NCBI GenBank assembly: GCA_963816185.1 | Contig: CAWFJJ010000025.1 | Span: forward strand, 192,001-256,000 | DNA from: Thermoanaerobaculia bacterium | GTDB taxonomy: Bacteria > Acidobacteriota > Thermoanaerobaculia > UBA5066 | Direction: 5' to 3' | Length of the DNA stretch: 64,000 nt | In this document: one piece after another, positions 29,038 to 37,706 of the stretch | Layout: the number at the start of each line of letters is the position of its first letter | Numbering within the stretch: position 1 is the stretch's first letter | Notes under the pieces: generated by a model | What the model was told of the DNA's origin: nothing | What the model saw: the letters and a program-made list of their open reading frames with translations, nothing else | Databases searched by the model: none | Translations under genes and position numbers: made by a program

Positions 29038-31587
29038 ATGCATCCGTACCTCCGGTTTGTCGCCTCACTTGGCTTCCTCTGGGCCACCGCGGTCGCCGCG
29101 CAGGACTTGTCCGTCGTCGCCGAGCTCCCGGGCGCCATCGCGGACTCGAGCCTGCCGCGCGTCTTCGTCCTCAGCCTCGCGAAGAACGGGCCGAAGTTCG
29201 TCGTGAACCTGGCGACGCCCGCCGGTTCGATTCGGGTATGGCCGGTCGGGCGGGTTTCGGAGCCGATCATCTCCAAACTGCCTGACGATGCGGGAATCAA
29301 CGTGGTTGCCGCGTTCGCCGACTTCGACGGCGACGGATTCCTGGACGTCGCGATCCCGGGCACGAACCGGATCGAGTTTCTGAAGGGCGATGGGGCGGGA
29401 CGCTTCGCTCTCGCGGCGACGCTCGCGACGGACTTCCAGCCTATCTGGCTTGCTGCCGGCGACTTCGACGGCGACGGGCGCCCGGTCTCGTTGCCGTGCA
29501 GGAGAACCAGGTATCCCTCGGCGGTTCTCTCCTGCTTTCTCTCCACGGGCGGCTTCACCTTCGCTCCCGCCCGCATGACTGCCGTGACGCCGATCGGCGG
29601 CGTTAGCTACATGACGGCCGGCGACATCGACGGCGACGGTCGCGCGGACCTCGTCGTCGCACCGGGCATGGGGTTGGTATCGGTCTGGCGAGGAGCTGGG
29701 GACGGCAGCTTCACGCTCTTGATCGACAACCTCGTGAGTTACTACCCGCAAGAGCCGATTCTCGCGGATCTCGACGGTGACGGCCTTCCCGAGATCATCT
29801 TTCGCACGGAGTACCCGTTCCCGCCCTTTCTCATCTCGATCTACAAGAACGACGGCGGGGGGCATTTCCATCTGCTCGGCAATATCGGAACGAGCTATAG
29901 GGCGGACGCCCCGTTTCTCTTCGACGTCGACGGCGACGGTCGGCCCGAGATCGTGTTCAGGGAGCAGTCGGACGCGGGAAGCTGGTACGTTTCGATCTGG
30001 AAGCTCGTGGGAGGCGCGTTCACCGAAAGCAGGCTGACTCTTCCGAATACGCACATGGCGCTCTTTGGCGCCGTTGACTGGGACGGCGACGGCCGGCCCG
30101 AGTTCGTCGGCGCGGGCGCCGACCGGATCCAGATCTTCGGGAGCTCCGGCGTGCGGACCGATGTCGCCGTCGTGCCGGTCCTCCTGTCGACGACCGGGCT
30201 CCTTGGCTCGCGCTTCGATTCCGACCTCCTCCTGACGAACTCGGGGACGACGCCAGCCCATGCGACTCTTCATTACACGTCGTCGACGGGAGGCGGGACC
30301 GGAAGCGTCGAGACAGACCTCGCTCCGGGCCGGCAGCTCTTCGCTCCGTCGGCCGTCGGCTTCCTCCGCGACGCAGGTCTTCCCATCGCGGCCGAGGGAA
30401 ACGTCATCGGCACGCTGCGCATCGACGTGACCGGAGCCTCTTCGCCGGGCGCCGTGAGCGCGTCCGTCAGGACGACGACGCCGTCGGGCGCGGGCGTCGC
30501 GTATGGAGGGTCGCCGCTCGTCTCGCTTCTCAGGGGCCCGTCCATCGTCCCGTGGCTCGCCGAGACCGCGAAGGACCGGACGAACCTCGCTCTCGTGAAC
30601 GCGGGCGCGCAAAGCGACGGCTCCCTCACGCTCCGCCTGGAGGTCCATCCCGGCGACGGCACCTCGGCCCTCGTCGTCCTTCCGGACGTTGTTCTCGAGC
30701 CCGGCGCGTTCTCGCAGGTCGGCCGTGTCCTCGCCGCGGCGGGCCTGTCGACCAATTTCGGCTGGGCGCGCGTCACGCGCGTCTCTGGCAACGCTCCCTA
30801 TCTCGCTTGGGCGGCCGTGAACGACGCGGTGAGCAGTGATGGGTCGTTCGTTCCGGCGGTGCCCGAGTCGGCCGCGTTCGAAACCGATTGGGTCGTGCCG
30901 AGCGCCGTCCAGACTGCGCGATATGCGACGGAATTCGTCGCGACGAATCCGGGAGTCGATCCGGTGACCCTGCAGGTGACGCTCGTGACGACCGGAACGG
31001 TCCTCCATGAGACGCTCGGCCCGGGCGCGACGTTCTACGTGCGGGACTTCTTCGCGGAGCTCAGAAGCCGAGGCCTTCCCGGCGCTCCGGCGGCGGGCGC
31101 CGCCGTCGTGAGCCCGCTCTATTTGCGCGCTTCGGGATTCCCACAAGTCTTCGCGGGAATCAGGGTCTCGAGCGGCGTTGCCGGAGGGGCATCGTATGGG
31201 GTCTTCGAGCCGGCGACTCCGCAGGATCCCCTCAACGCCTTCTCTGCGGTCGTGCCCGATCTCAGGCAAGACGGGTCGACGCGTACGAACCTCGGGATTC
31301 TGAATCTCAGCTCGGCTCCCCCTGCTTTCCGCGTCGAGATCTTCGACGGCATGACTGGAGGTCTCGTCGCCTCTCGGGACAATCTCGTTCTGAAGGGCAA
31401 CGAGCTGCGGCAGCTCAACTCCGTCCTCCTCGATCTCGCCCCGGGCACGACGCGGGCGTGGGCCCGCGTGACTCCGCTTGCCCCGTATGCGCCCGTGCCA
31501 TTCGCCGCGTACGCGGTCGTGAACGACGGCGCCGAGCCCGGGCGGGGAACGGACGACGGCTCGTTCGTGCCGGCGATCCCCGAGTAG
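29038..31587 (+). CDS. Secreted FG-GAP/VCBS repeat protein with duplicated C-terminal beta domains
   Basis: Six DxDGDG repeats; two C-terminal halves that each end in VND...DGSFVPA. Confidence 0.83.
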   Translation: MHPYLRFVASLGFLWATAVAAQDLSVVAELPGAIADSSLPRVFVLSLAKNGPKFVVNLATPAGSIRVWPVGRVSEPIISKLPDDAGINVVAAFADFDGDGFLDVAIPGTNRIEFLKGDGAGRFALAATLATDFQPIWLAAGDFDGDGRPVSLPCRRTRYPSAVLSCFLSTGGFTFAPARMTAVTPIGGVSYMTAGDIDGDGRADLVVAPGMGLVSVWRGAGDGSFTLLIDNLVSYYPQEPILADLDGDGLPEIIFRTEYPFPPFLISIYKNDGGGHFHLLGNIGTSYRADAPFLFDVDGDGRPEIVFREQSDAGSWYVSIWKLVGGAFTESRLTLPNTHMALFGAVDWDGDGRPEFVGAGADRIQIFGSSGVRTDVAVVPVLLSTTGLLGSRFDSDLLLTNSGTTPAHATLHYTSSTGGGTGSVETDLAPGRQLFAPSAVGFLRDAGLPIAAEGNVIGTLRIDVTGASSPGAVSASVRTTTPSGAGVAYGGSPLVSLLRGPSIVPWLAETAKDRTNLALVNAGAQSDGSLTLRLEVHPGDGTSALVVLPDVVLEPGAFSQVGRVLAAAGLSTNFGWARVTRVSGNAPYLAWAAVNDAVSSDGSFVPAVPESAAFETDWVVPSAVQTARYATEFVATNPGVDPVTLQVTLVTTGTVLHETLGPGATFYVRDFFAELRSRGLPGAPAAGAAVVSPLYLRASGFPQVFAGIRVSSGVAGGASYGVFEPATPQDPLNAFSAVVPDLRQDGSTRTNLGILNLSSAPPAFRVEIFDGMTGGLVASRDNLVLKGNELRQLNSVLLDLAPGTTRAWARVTPLAPYAPVPFAAYAVVNDGAEPGRGTDDGSFVPAIPE

Positions 31588-31655
31588 GTCGCGCGCCGGC
31601 GGCCTTACACTGGGCGCGAGATCTTCCCGGCCCTCGGGGGAATCAAGGAGTCGAG

Positions 31656-32528
31656 ATGACTGAAAGGTTCACCGCTCGCCCTTTCGCGTGGCTCGTCGCC
31701 GCCGCCGCTTCCCTCTCCTTCGCCGGCGTCGCCGCCGCGCAGAGCGGATCCAGCTACGTCTACAAGCACCAGCGCGGCATGGACGAGACGTTCCGCCTGA
31801 ACCTCGGCGGGCTGTATCCGACCTTCGATACGACCGTGCAGTACGGAACCATCACGTTGCCGGGAACGGAGATCGCGCTCGAAAGCGACCTCGGGCTCCC
31901 GGAGAAGAAGTTCGCGTTACAGGCGGACGGTTATCTTCGACTCGGGCGCCACGCGCGGCTCGACTTCGCGTACCAGCAGTGGAACCGCTCGGCCACGAAA
32001 ACGATCTCCCGGCAGATCGTGTTCAACGGGGTGACGTATTCCGTGGGAGCCGACGTGGACTCGGCGCTGGACGTGAGCGTCGCCGAGCTCTACTACGGAT
32101 ACTCGTTCGTGAACAACGGCGACATCGAGGCCGGCCTCGGCCTCGGCGCGAGCGTCTTCTTCAACCGGGCCTCGCTCGACGCGGTCGGGACGTACGTCGG
32201 ACCGACCGGAACTGTGGTCACCGCCGCCGTCAGCGAAAGAAAGAGCCTCACCGCGCCGATTCCGGCCCTCGAGGGCTACTTCACGTTCACCCTCATGCCC
32301 CAGCTCTTCCTCAACGCCCGTGCGCGCGGCCTGAAGGCGAACATCAGCGGCTCGTCGGGCAGCATGCTCGAGGCGACCGGCACGCTGGATCTCTTCATCA
32401 CGCCTGGATTCGGCATCGGCGGCGGCTACAACTACACCCGCATCGACTACACGCGCGATTCCGACACGATCACCCAGGTCCGCTACCACTACAAGGGACC
32501 GGTTTTCTACGTCGCGATCGCGTTCTGA
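31656..32528 (+). CDS. Outer-membrane beta-barrel protein
   Basis: SD AAGGAG, ATG 31656, signal peptide, alternating beta pattern, terminal Phe (YVAIAF). Confidence 0.78.
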   Translation: MTERFTARPFAWLVAAAASLSFAGVAAAQSGSSYVYKHQRGMDETFRLNLGGLYPTFDTTVQYGTITLPGTEIALESDLGLPEKKFALQADGYLRLGRHARLDFAYQQWNRSATKTISRQIVFNGVTYSVGADVDSALDVSVAELYYGYSFVNNGDIEAGLGLGASVFFNRASLDAVGTYVGPTGTVVTAAVSERKSLTAPIPALEGYFTFTLMPQLFLNARARGLKANISGSSGSMLEATGTLDLFITPGFGIGGGYNYTRIDYTRDSDTITQVRYHYKGPVFYVAIAF

Positions 32529-32546
32529 AGGCCGCGCTTTCGCGCG

Positions 32547-33077
32547 TCAGTCGAATTCGCGGCGCGGCGCGGCCTGATCCAAACCCACGCGCCCGATCTC
32601 GATGTCGGATCGGAAGTAGCTCTCGCCGCGGACAGGGGAGCCCGCGAGACGGCGCAGCATTCCGATCTGGCCCGTGTGCGTGAGGGCGTCGGCCACGGGG
32701 CCCTGGAAGAGCTTGTCTTCCGTGAAGCCCTCCGGCAGAGGCGCGCCAGACGCGAGATGCCGGTCGAACGCCTCGAGCGCGGCGAAGAAGCGCGCGACCC
32801 CCTGGTCCCACGGAAGCGGCGTCGCGTCGTTCCAGACCGAGGCGCCCTTCGCGAGCTGAAGAGCCCAGTCGAAGAGATCGCCCATGTGCGAGAGGATCTG
32901 CCCGGGCGTACGAGAACCGGGGGCGACCGAGAAGCTCTCGAAGCCCGCGGGCGCGCCGCGGAGCGCCTTGCCCGCGCGGTAAGCGAGCGTCGCGAGAGCG
33001 TGGCGGAGAAGGTCGCGGGCGGAGGCTGGCGGCGTCACGAGGACGGAGTATGCCAAAGGCGCTTCAGCGGACGTCAC
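32547..33077 (-). CDS. DinB-like protein
   Basis: LRHALATLAYR, LSHMGDL, ALTHTGQIGMLRRLAG. Start uncertain. Confidence 0.75.
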   Translation of the reverse strand: MTSAEAPLAYSVLVTPPASARDLLRHALATLAYRAGKALRGAPAGFESFSVAPGSRTPGQILSHMGDLFDWALQLAKGASVWNDATPLPWDQGVARFFAALEAFDRHLASGAPLPEGFTEDKLFQGPVADALTHTGQIGMLRRLAGSPVRGESYFRSDIEIGRVGLDQAAPRREFD

Positions 33078-33116
33078 GCTCGGGCGTGTCCGCGATCGCG
33101 CGCAGCCACGTGACGC

Positions 33117-33524
33117 TCACTGCCCGCGAAGCGCTTCGATGAACTCTCGGGGCGAGACGACGGTGACGCCTTGCCGGAGGGACGCAGGGAAGTGCCTCAG
33201 GTTCCCCGTGACCAGAAAGCTCGTCGCGGACTCGAGCGCAGCGTCCAGGAACGGCTCGTCGGCGGGGTCGGGAAGGCGAGCTTTCCCCGGCGAAGCCAGC
33301 ACGAGAAGCCCGACGGTTTCCATGTCTTCAAGAAGAAGGGTCGCGGCGGCCGGCGGGATTCCGAGGTGAGGCCGAAACAGCACATCATGGTACTCGGCCA
33401 GAATCGCGTCCGAGAAACACGGCACGAGAAGGTCCGACTCCAGCAGTCTTAGGATCTCCGCCGGGGGACCCTTTGGCGAGACGAGTCCCGACACGAGCAC
33501 GTTCGTGTCGAGGACGACCTTCAA
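33117..33524 (-). CDS. PIN-domain (VapC-like) toxin
   Basis: VVLDTNVLVS, ILAEY, PDPADEPFL, LVTGNLRHF. Confidence 0.9.
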   Translation of the reverse strand: MKVVLDTNVLVSGLVSPKGPPAEILRLLESDLLVPCFSDAILAEYHDVLFRPHLGIPPAAATLLLEDMETVGLLVLASPGKARLPDPADEPFLDAALESATSFLVTGNLRHFPASLRQGVTVVSPREFIEALRGQ

Positions 33525-33808
33525 CGCTTGCGGCTCTTTCGCACGTCCGCGATGACGGCGTTGATCTCGCGCAAACTCATCCCTTTCGGATTTCGCTCGA
33601 GCGACGCGCGCTGGATCTCACGAACCGTCTCGCCGAGCCTGGCGCGGCGTAGAGCGAGGAGCCGGCGCTCGAACGAGCCCTCATCCACGCTCGTCAGAAT
33701 CGCCATCGGCCTTCCGTTCGATGTCAGGACGAGGTCCCTTTCCGTCTTGAGATCCTTCCAGACCTTCGTCGGCCGGCCCCTGAGATCGCGGACTGTGACG
33801 AACTTCAT
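33521..33808 (-). CDS. Phd/YefM-type antitoxin
   Basis: MKFVTVRDLR...VLTSNGRPMAIL; overlaps the toxin start by 4 nt. Confidence 0.85.
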   Translation of the reverse strand: MKFVTVRDLRGRPTKVWKDLKTERDLVLTSNGRPMAILTSVDEGSFERRLLALRRARLGETVREIQRASLERNPKGMSLREINAVIADVRKSRKR

Positions 33809-33904
33809 GGTCTCACCATCACTCAATAGTGTACACGATCGTCACCCGCCTGAGTCGACTCCATTACAAGAATAAAGGCGAGACGGTCTTCCCGAAGCGG
33901 GTGG

Positions 33905-36010
33905 TTAGTACGCCAGCGTCTTCTTCGCCGCCTCGAGAACTTTCTCGGTGTTCGGCAGGATCGCCCGCTCGAGGATGCGGTTGAAGCCGACGGGCGTGAA
34001 CGTCGAGCCGACCCGGTCGACCGGGGCGTCGAGAAATTGGAACAGCTCCGACGCGATGCGGGCGACGAGCTCGCCGCCGAAGCCGCCGTGGACCTTGTCC
34101 TCGTGGACGACGAGGACGCGGGACGTCTTTTTCACCGAGGCGGCGATGGCCTCGAAATCGAGCGGCACGAGCGAGCGCAGGTCGAGCACCTCGACGTTCT
34201 TGCCGTCTTTTGCGAGCGCCTCGGCCGCCTCCAGCGCGAAGTGCACGGGCGTGCCGTAGGCGAGGATCGTGAGATCGCTGCCTTCCCGTCGGCGCCGGGC
34301 GACCCCGAACGGCACCGCGAACCCCGTAGGAACGCGTGCCTTCGCCTGCGCGGAGTTGTAGAGGAACTTGGGCTCGAGGTAGAGCGTGACGCCGCGCGAG
34401 CGCATCGCCGTCCGGAGGAGGCCCGCGGCGTCGTCCGCGAACGCGGGGACCACGATGCGGATGCCGGGAAGCGTCGCGAGCCAGCCCTCGATGTTCTGGG
34501 AATGGTAGAGGCCGCCGCCGATGTAGCCGCCCGAGGCGATGCGCACGGTGACGTTCGGAACGAACTTCCCGTTCGTGCGCCAGAACTCGTGCGACATCTC
34601 GACCATCTGCTCGGCCGCGGGCCAGAAGTAATCGGCAAATTCGGCGCCTTCGACGACGACGCGGATCTTTTCGTCGAGGCGCGAGAAGCCGTCCGCCGTG
34701 CCGAGGATGTAGTCCTCCGCGAGGGGGCCGTTGAAGACGCGCTTCGCCCCGAACTCCTGCTGCATGCCCTTCGTGACGTTGAAGATGCCGCCCTTCTCCT
34801 TGTAGGCCACGTCCTGCCCCCAGAGATACGTGTCCGGGTTCTCGCGGAACATCTCCTTGAGCGTGCCGTTCAGGGCCTGGATGAGCGACATCTCGGTCGT
34901 CGGCTTCCCGTCGACGGTCTCGGGAGTGAGCGGCATGTGCGCGAGGCCGTCGCCCTCGGGCGCCCACGGCTCGGGCACGACGTGCTCGAGGATGGAGGCG
35001 GGGTCGGGGTCCGGCGCGCGGCGGGCGCGGTCTGCGGATTCCTCGTACGTCTTCCGGTTCGCGTCCTCGATCGCGGCGATCTCCTCCTCCGAGAACGCGC
35101 CGCCCTCGACCAGGATGCGGCGAAGGCGCAAGAGCGGATCCTGTGCCTTCGCGGCGGCGATCTCCTCGGGCGAGCGGTACAGCTCGTGACGGTCGGAGTT
35201 GGAGTGCGAGTGGATGCGCACGCACTCGGCGTGGACCAGGACGCAGCCCGCGCCCGACTTCACGAACGCCACGGCCTCGCGCATGGCGCGCAGCGAGTCG
35301 AAGAGATCCTTGCCGTCGCAATGGACGATCTTCAAGTTCTGGAAGCCCGAGAAGTTGTCCGACGCGAAGAGGTTCGCCGTCTGGTCGCTCTTCGGCACGG
35401 CGATGCCGTAGCCGTTGTCCTGCACCACGAAGACGACGGGCAGCTTCTCGCGCGAGGAGCCGTTGACGGCCTCGTAGAAGTAGCCCTCGGACGTGGACGA
35501 CTCGCCGACGGAACAGAAGACGATCGCGTCCGACCCGTAGGTCCGGAGCGCGCGGCCGAGTCCCGCGGCGTGCTGCGCGTGGTTCGAGACGCATGACGAG
35601 ACGTTCTGGATGTGGATCTCGGGCTTCGCGAAGTGGTTCGACATGTGGCGGCCGCCGGAGGCGACGTCGTCGCGCTTGGACATCCCGTTCAGCAGGATCT
35701 CCTCGGCCGAGAGGCCGGCGGCGAGGCAGGTCGAGAGGTCGCGGTAGTACGGGAAGAGGTAGTCGTGTCCGGGCCGGAACGTGACGCCGAGGGCGACCTG
35801 GATGCCGTCGTGCCCCGCGCACGGCGCGTGATACGACCAGCCGAGGCCCTGCTTGAGGTAATTCGGGGCCTTGTCGTCGAGGAGCCGGCCGAGGTGCATC
35901 AGCGCGTACCAGCGCCTCAGCTCGTCGCGGCTCGGGGCGAGCTGCGCGATCGTGGCGGCGGCTTCGGACGGCGAAGCGCCCGCGGCGGTCAGGACACCCG
36001 GTTCGGCCAT
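33905..36010 (-). CDS. 2-oxoacid dehydrogenase E1, fused alpha/beta subunits
   Basis: YYRD, TPP motif GESSTSEG..DNGYGI, HSHS, GGLYHSQ, EVLDLRSLVPLD. Confidence 0.92.
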   Translation of the reverse strand: MAEPGVLTAAGASPSEAAATIAQLAPSRDELRRWYALMHLGRLLDDKAPNYLKQGLGWSYHAPCAGHDGIQVALGVTFRPGHDYLFPYYRDLSTCLAAGLSAEEILLNGMSKRDDVASGGRHMSNHFAKPEIHIQNVSSCVSNHAQHAAGLGRALRTYGSDAIVFCSVGESSTSEGYFYEAVNGSSREKLPVVFVVQDNGYGIAVPKSDQTANLFASDNFSGFQNLKIVHCDGKDLFDSLRAMREAVAFVKSGAGCVLVHAECVRIHSHSNSDRHELYRSPEEIAAAKAQDPLLRLRRILVEGGAFSEEEIAAIEDANRKTYEESADRARRAPDPDPASILEHVVPEPWAPEGDGLAHMPLTPETVDGKPTTEMSLIQALNGTLKEMFRENPDTYLWGQDVAYKEKGGIFNVTKGMQQEFGAKRVFNGPLAEDYILGTADGFSRLDEKIRVVVEGAEFADYFWPAAEQMVEMSHEFWRTNGKFVPNVTVRIASGGYIGGGLYHSQNIEGWLATLPGIRIVVPAFADDAAGLLRTAMRSRGVTLYLEPKFLYNSAQAKARVPTGFAVPFGVARRRREGSDLTILAYGTPVHFALEAAEALAKDGKNVEVLDLRSLVPLDFEAIAASVKKTSRVLVVHEDKVHGGFGGELVARIASELFQFLDAPVDRVGSTFTPVGFNRILERAILPNTEKVLEAAKKTLAY

Positions 36011-36166
36011 TCCATCGCTCCTCCAAGAAGGGGTTTCTCCGGGGCTGGGGGCGCGCCTGGCGGAGACGGGTTCTCATCTTACCGCTTCGGATAGAATCCG
36101 CGGTCCCGCAGCCTTCGGATGCTTTTCACCGGGGGAATCTCGCTTGGCGGGCCAGGAGAACGATCC

Positions 36167-37654
36167 GTGCCCCAGACCCTCATCGCCCGGTCCGTCGAAA
36201 CCGCCGAATCCGCCGACCGCAAGACCTTCGAGGCCGCCCTCGCGGCCGACGCGGCCACCCCGAGGAAGAAGCTTCTGGAAGGGCAGGTCGTGAACGGCAT
36301 CATCGCGGGGATCACACCCGATGTCGTGCTCGTCTCGATCGGCGGCAAGTCCGAAGCTCTCATGGACCTCAAGGAGCTCGAGGGCGAGAAGGTGGGCGAC
36401 CGGATCGAAGCGGTGGTCGTGAAGGCGGGCCCGGACGTGCGCCTCTCGCGCAAGCTCGCGGTGGGACACCGCACGAAGGCCGAGCTTCGCGCCGCATCCG
36501 AGGCGAAGATCCCCGTCGCGGGGAAAGTCATGGCGCGGAACAAGGGCGGCTTCGAGGTCATGATCGGAGGCGCCCACGGCCTCCGCGCGTTCTGCCCGGT
36601 CTCGCAGATCGACCTCGGCCGTCACGAAGAGGCCGCGCTCGCGGCCTACGTCGGGCAGACATACGACTTCCGCGTCCTCGAATACTCCGAGGACGGGCGC
36701 CGCGTGGTCGTCTCGCGCGTCGCGCTCCTCAGAGTCGAGCAGGACGAGAAGGCCGCCCTGACGCGCGAGAAGATCGCCGTCGGCGCGGTCCTGCCCGGAC
36801 GCGTCCGCTCCCTCACGGACTTCGGGGCGTTCGTGGACCTCGGCGGCGTGGACGGCCTCGTGCACGTCACGGAAATCTCGCGGCGAAGGGTCGCGCACCC
36901 GAAGGATGTCCTCACGGTCGGCCAGGACGTCACGGTCAAGGTCACCAAGCTGGCCGGCGAGGGCAAGCGCATCTCGCTTTCCATGAAGGAGCTCGAGGCC
37001 GATCCGTGGCAAACGCTGCCGGACCGCTTCGCTCCCGGCGCGTCGTTCACGGGCACGGTCGCCCGCCACGCGGACTTCGGCCTCTTCGTCGAGGTCGAAC
37101 CGGGCGTGGACGGCCTCGTGCACGTCTCGGCGCTGCCGGCCGGCGTCACGCTCAAGGATCCGACCGTCGCCGACGGTCAGACCGTGCAAGGCTGGGTGAA
37201 GGAAGTCGACCCGAAGCAGCGCAGGCTGTCGCTCTCGCTGCGCGAGGTCGCGACGTCGAATCCGTGGGAGGGCATCCTCGAGCGCCATCCGGAAGGCTCC
37301 GTCGCTTCGGGCGAGGTGGAGAGCGTGGCGACGTTCGGCGTCTTCGTGCGTCTCGAACCCGGCCTCACGGGCCTGATCCCGAACTCCGAGTCCGGCGTGC
37401 CGCCCGGCACGGTCAACCGCCACTTCGTTCCGGGAAAAACGGTCGAGGTGAAGGTGATCGGAGTCGACACGGCCAGGAAACGCATCTCGCTCTCGGCGTC
37501 GGGCGCGAAGGCGGAGGCGGACCGCGGCGAGCTCAGGAGTTACCGTGAGGAGACCGCGAAGCGCGAGAAGGCCGCGGTGCCGTCCGTCTCCGGCTTCGGC
37601 ACCTCTCTTCTCCAGGCTCTGAACAACCCGAAGAGCAAGCAGAAGAGGGGCTGA
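36167..37654 (+). CDS. Multi-S1-domain protein (30S ribosomal protein S1-like)
   Basis: SD AGGAG then GTG 36167; IGGKSEA, NKGGFEV..FCPVSQID, and three FG(A/L/V)FV..G..GL S1 repeats. Confidence 0.88.
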   Translation: MPQTLIARSVETAESADRKTFEAALAADAATPRKKLLEGQVVNGIIAGITPDVVLVSIGGKSEALMDLKELEGEKVGDRIEAVVVKAGPDVRLSRKLAVGHRTKAELRAASEAKIPVAGKVMARNKGGFEVMIGGAHGLRAFCPVSQIDLGRHEEAALAAYVGQTYDFRVLEYSEDGRRVVVSRVALLRVEQDEKAALTREKIAVGAVLPGRVRSLTDFGAFVDLGGVDGLVHVTEISRRRVAHPKDVLTVGQDVTVKVTKLAGEGKRISLSMKELEADPWQTLPDRFAPGASFTGTVARHADFGLFVEVEPGVDGLVHVSALPAGVTLKDPTVADGQTVQGWVKEVDPKQRRLSLSLREVATSNPWEGILERHPEGSVASGEVESVATFGVFVRLEPGLTGLIPNSESGVPPGTVNRHFVPGKTVEVKVIGVDTARKRISLSASGAKAEADRGELRSYREETAKREKAAVPSVSGFGTSLLQALNNPKSKQKRG

Positions 37655-37706
37655 TCGCCGCCGCAGGGCCGTTCGCGCCGGGCATAGACTCCCCGCCGGC
37701 CTGAAC

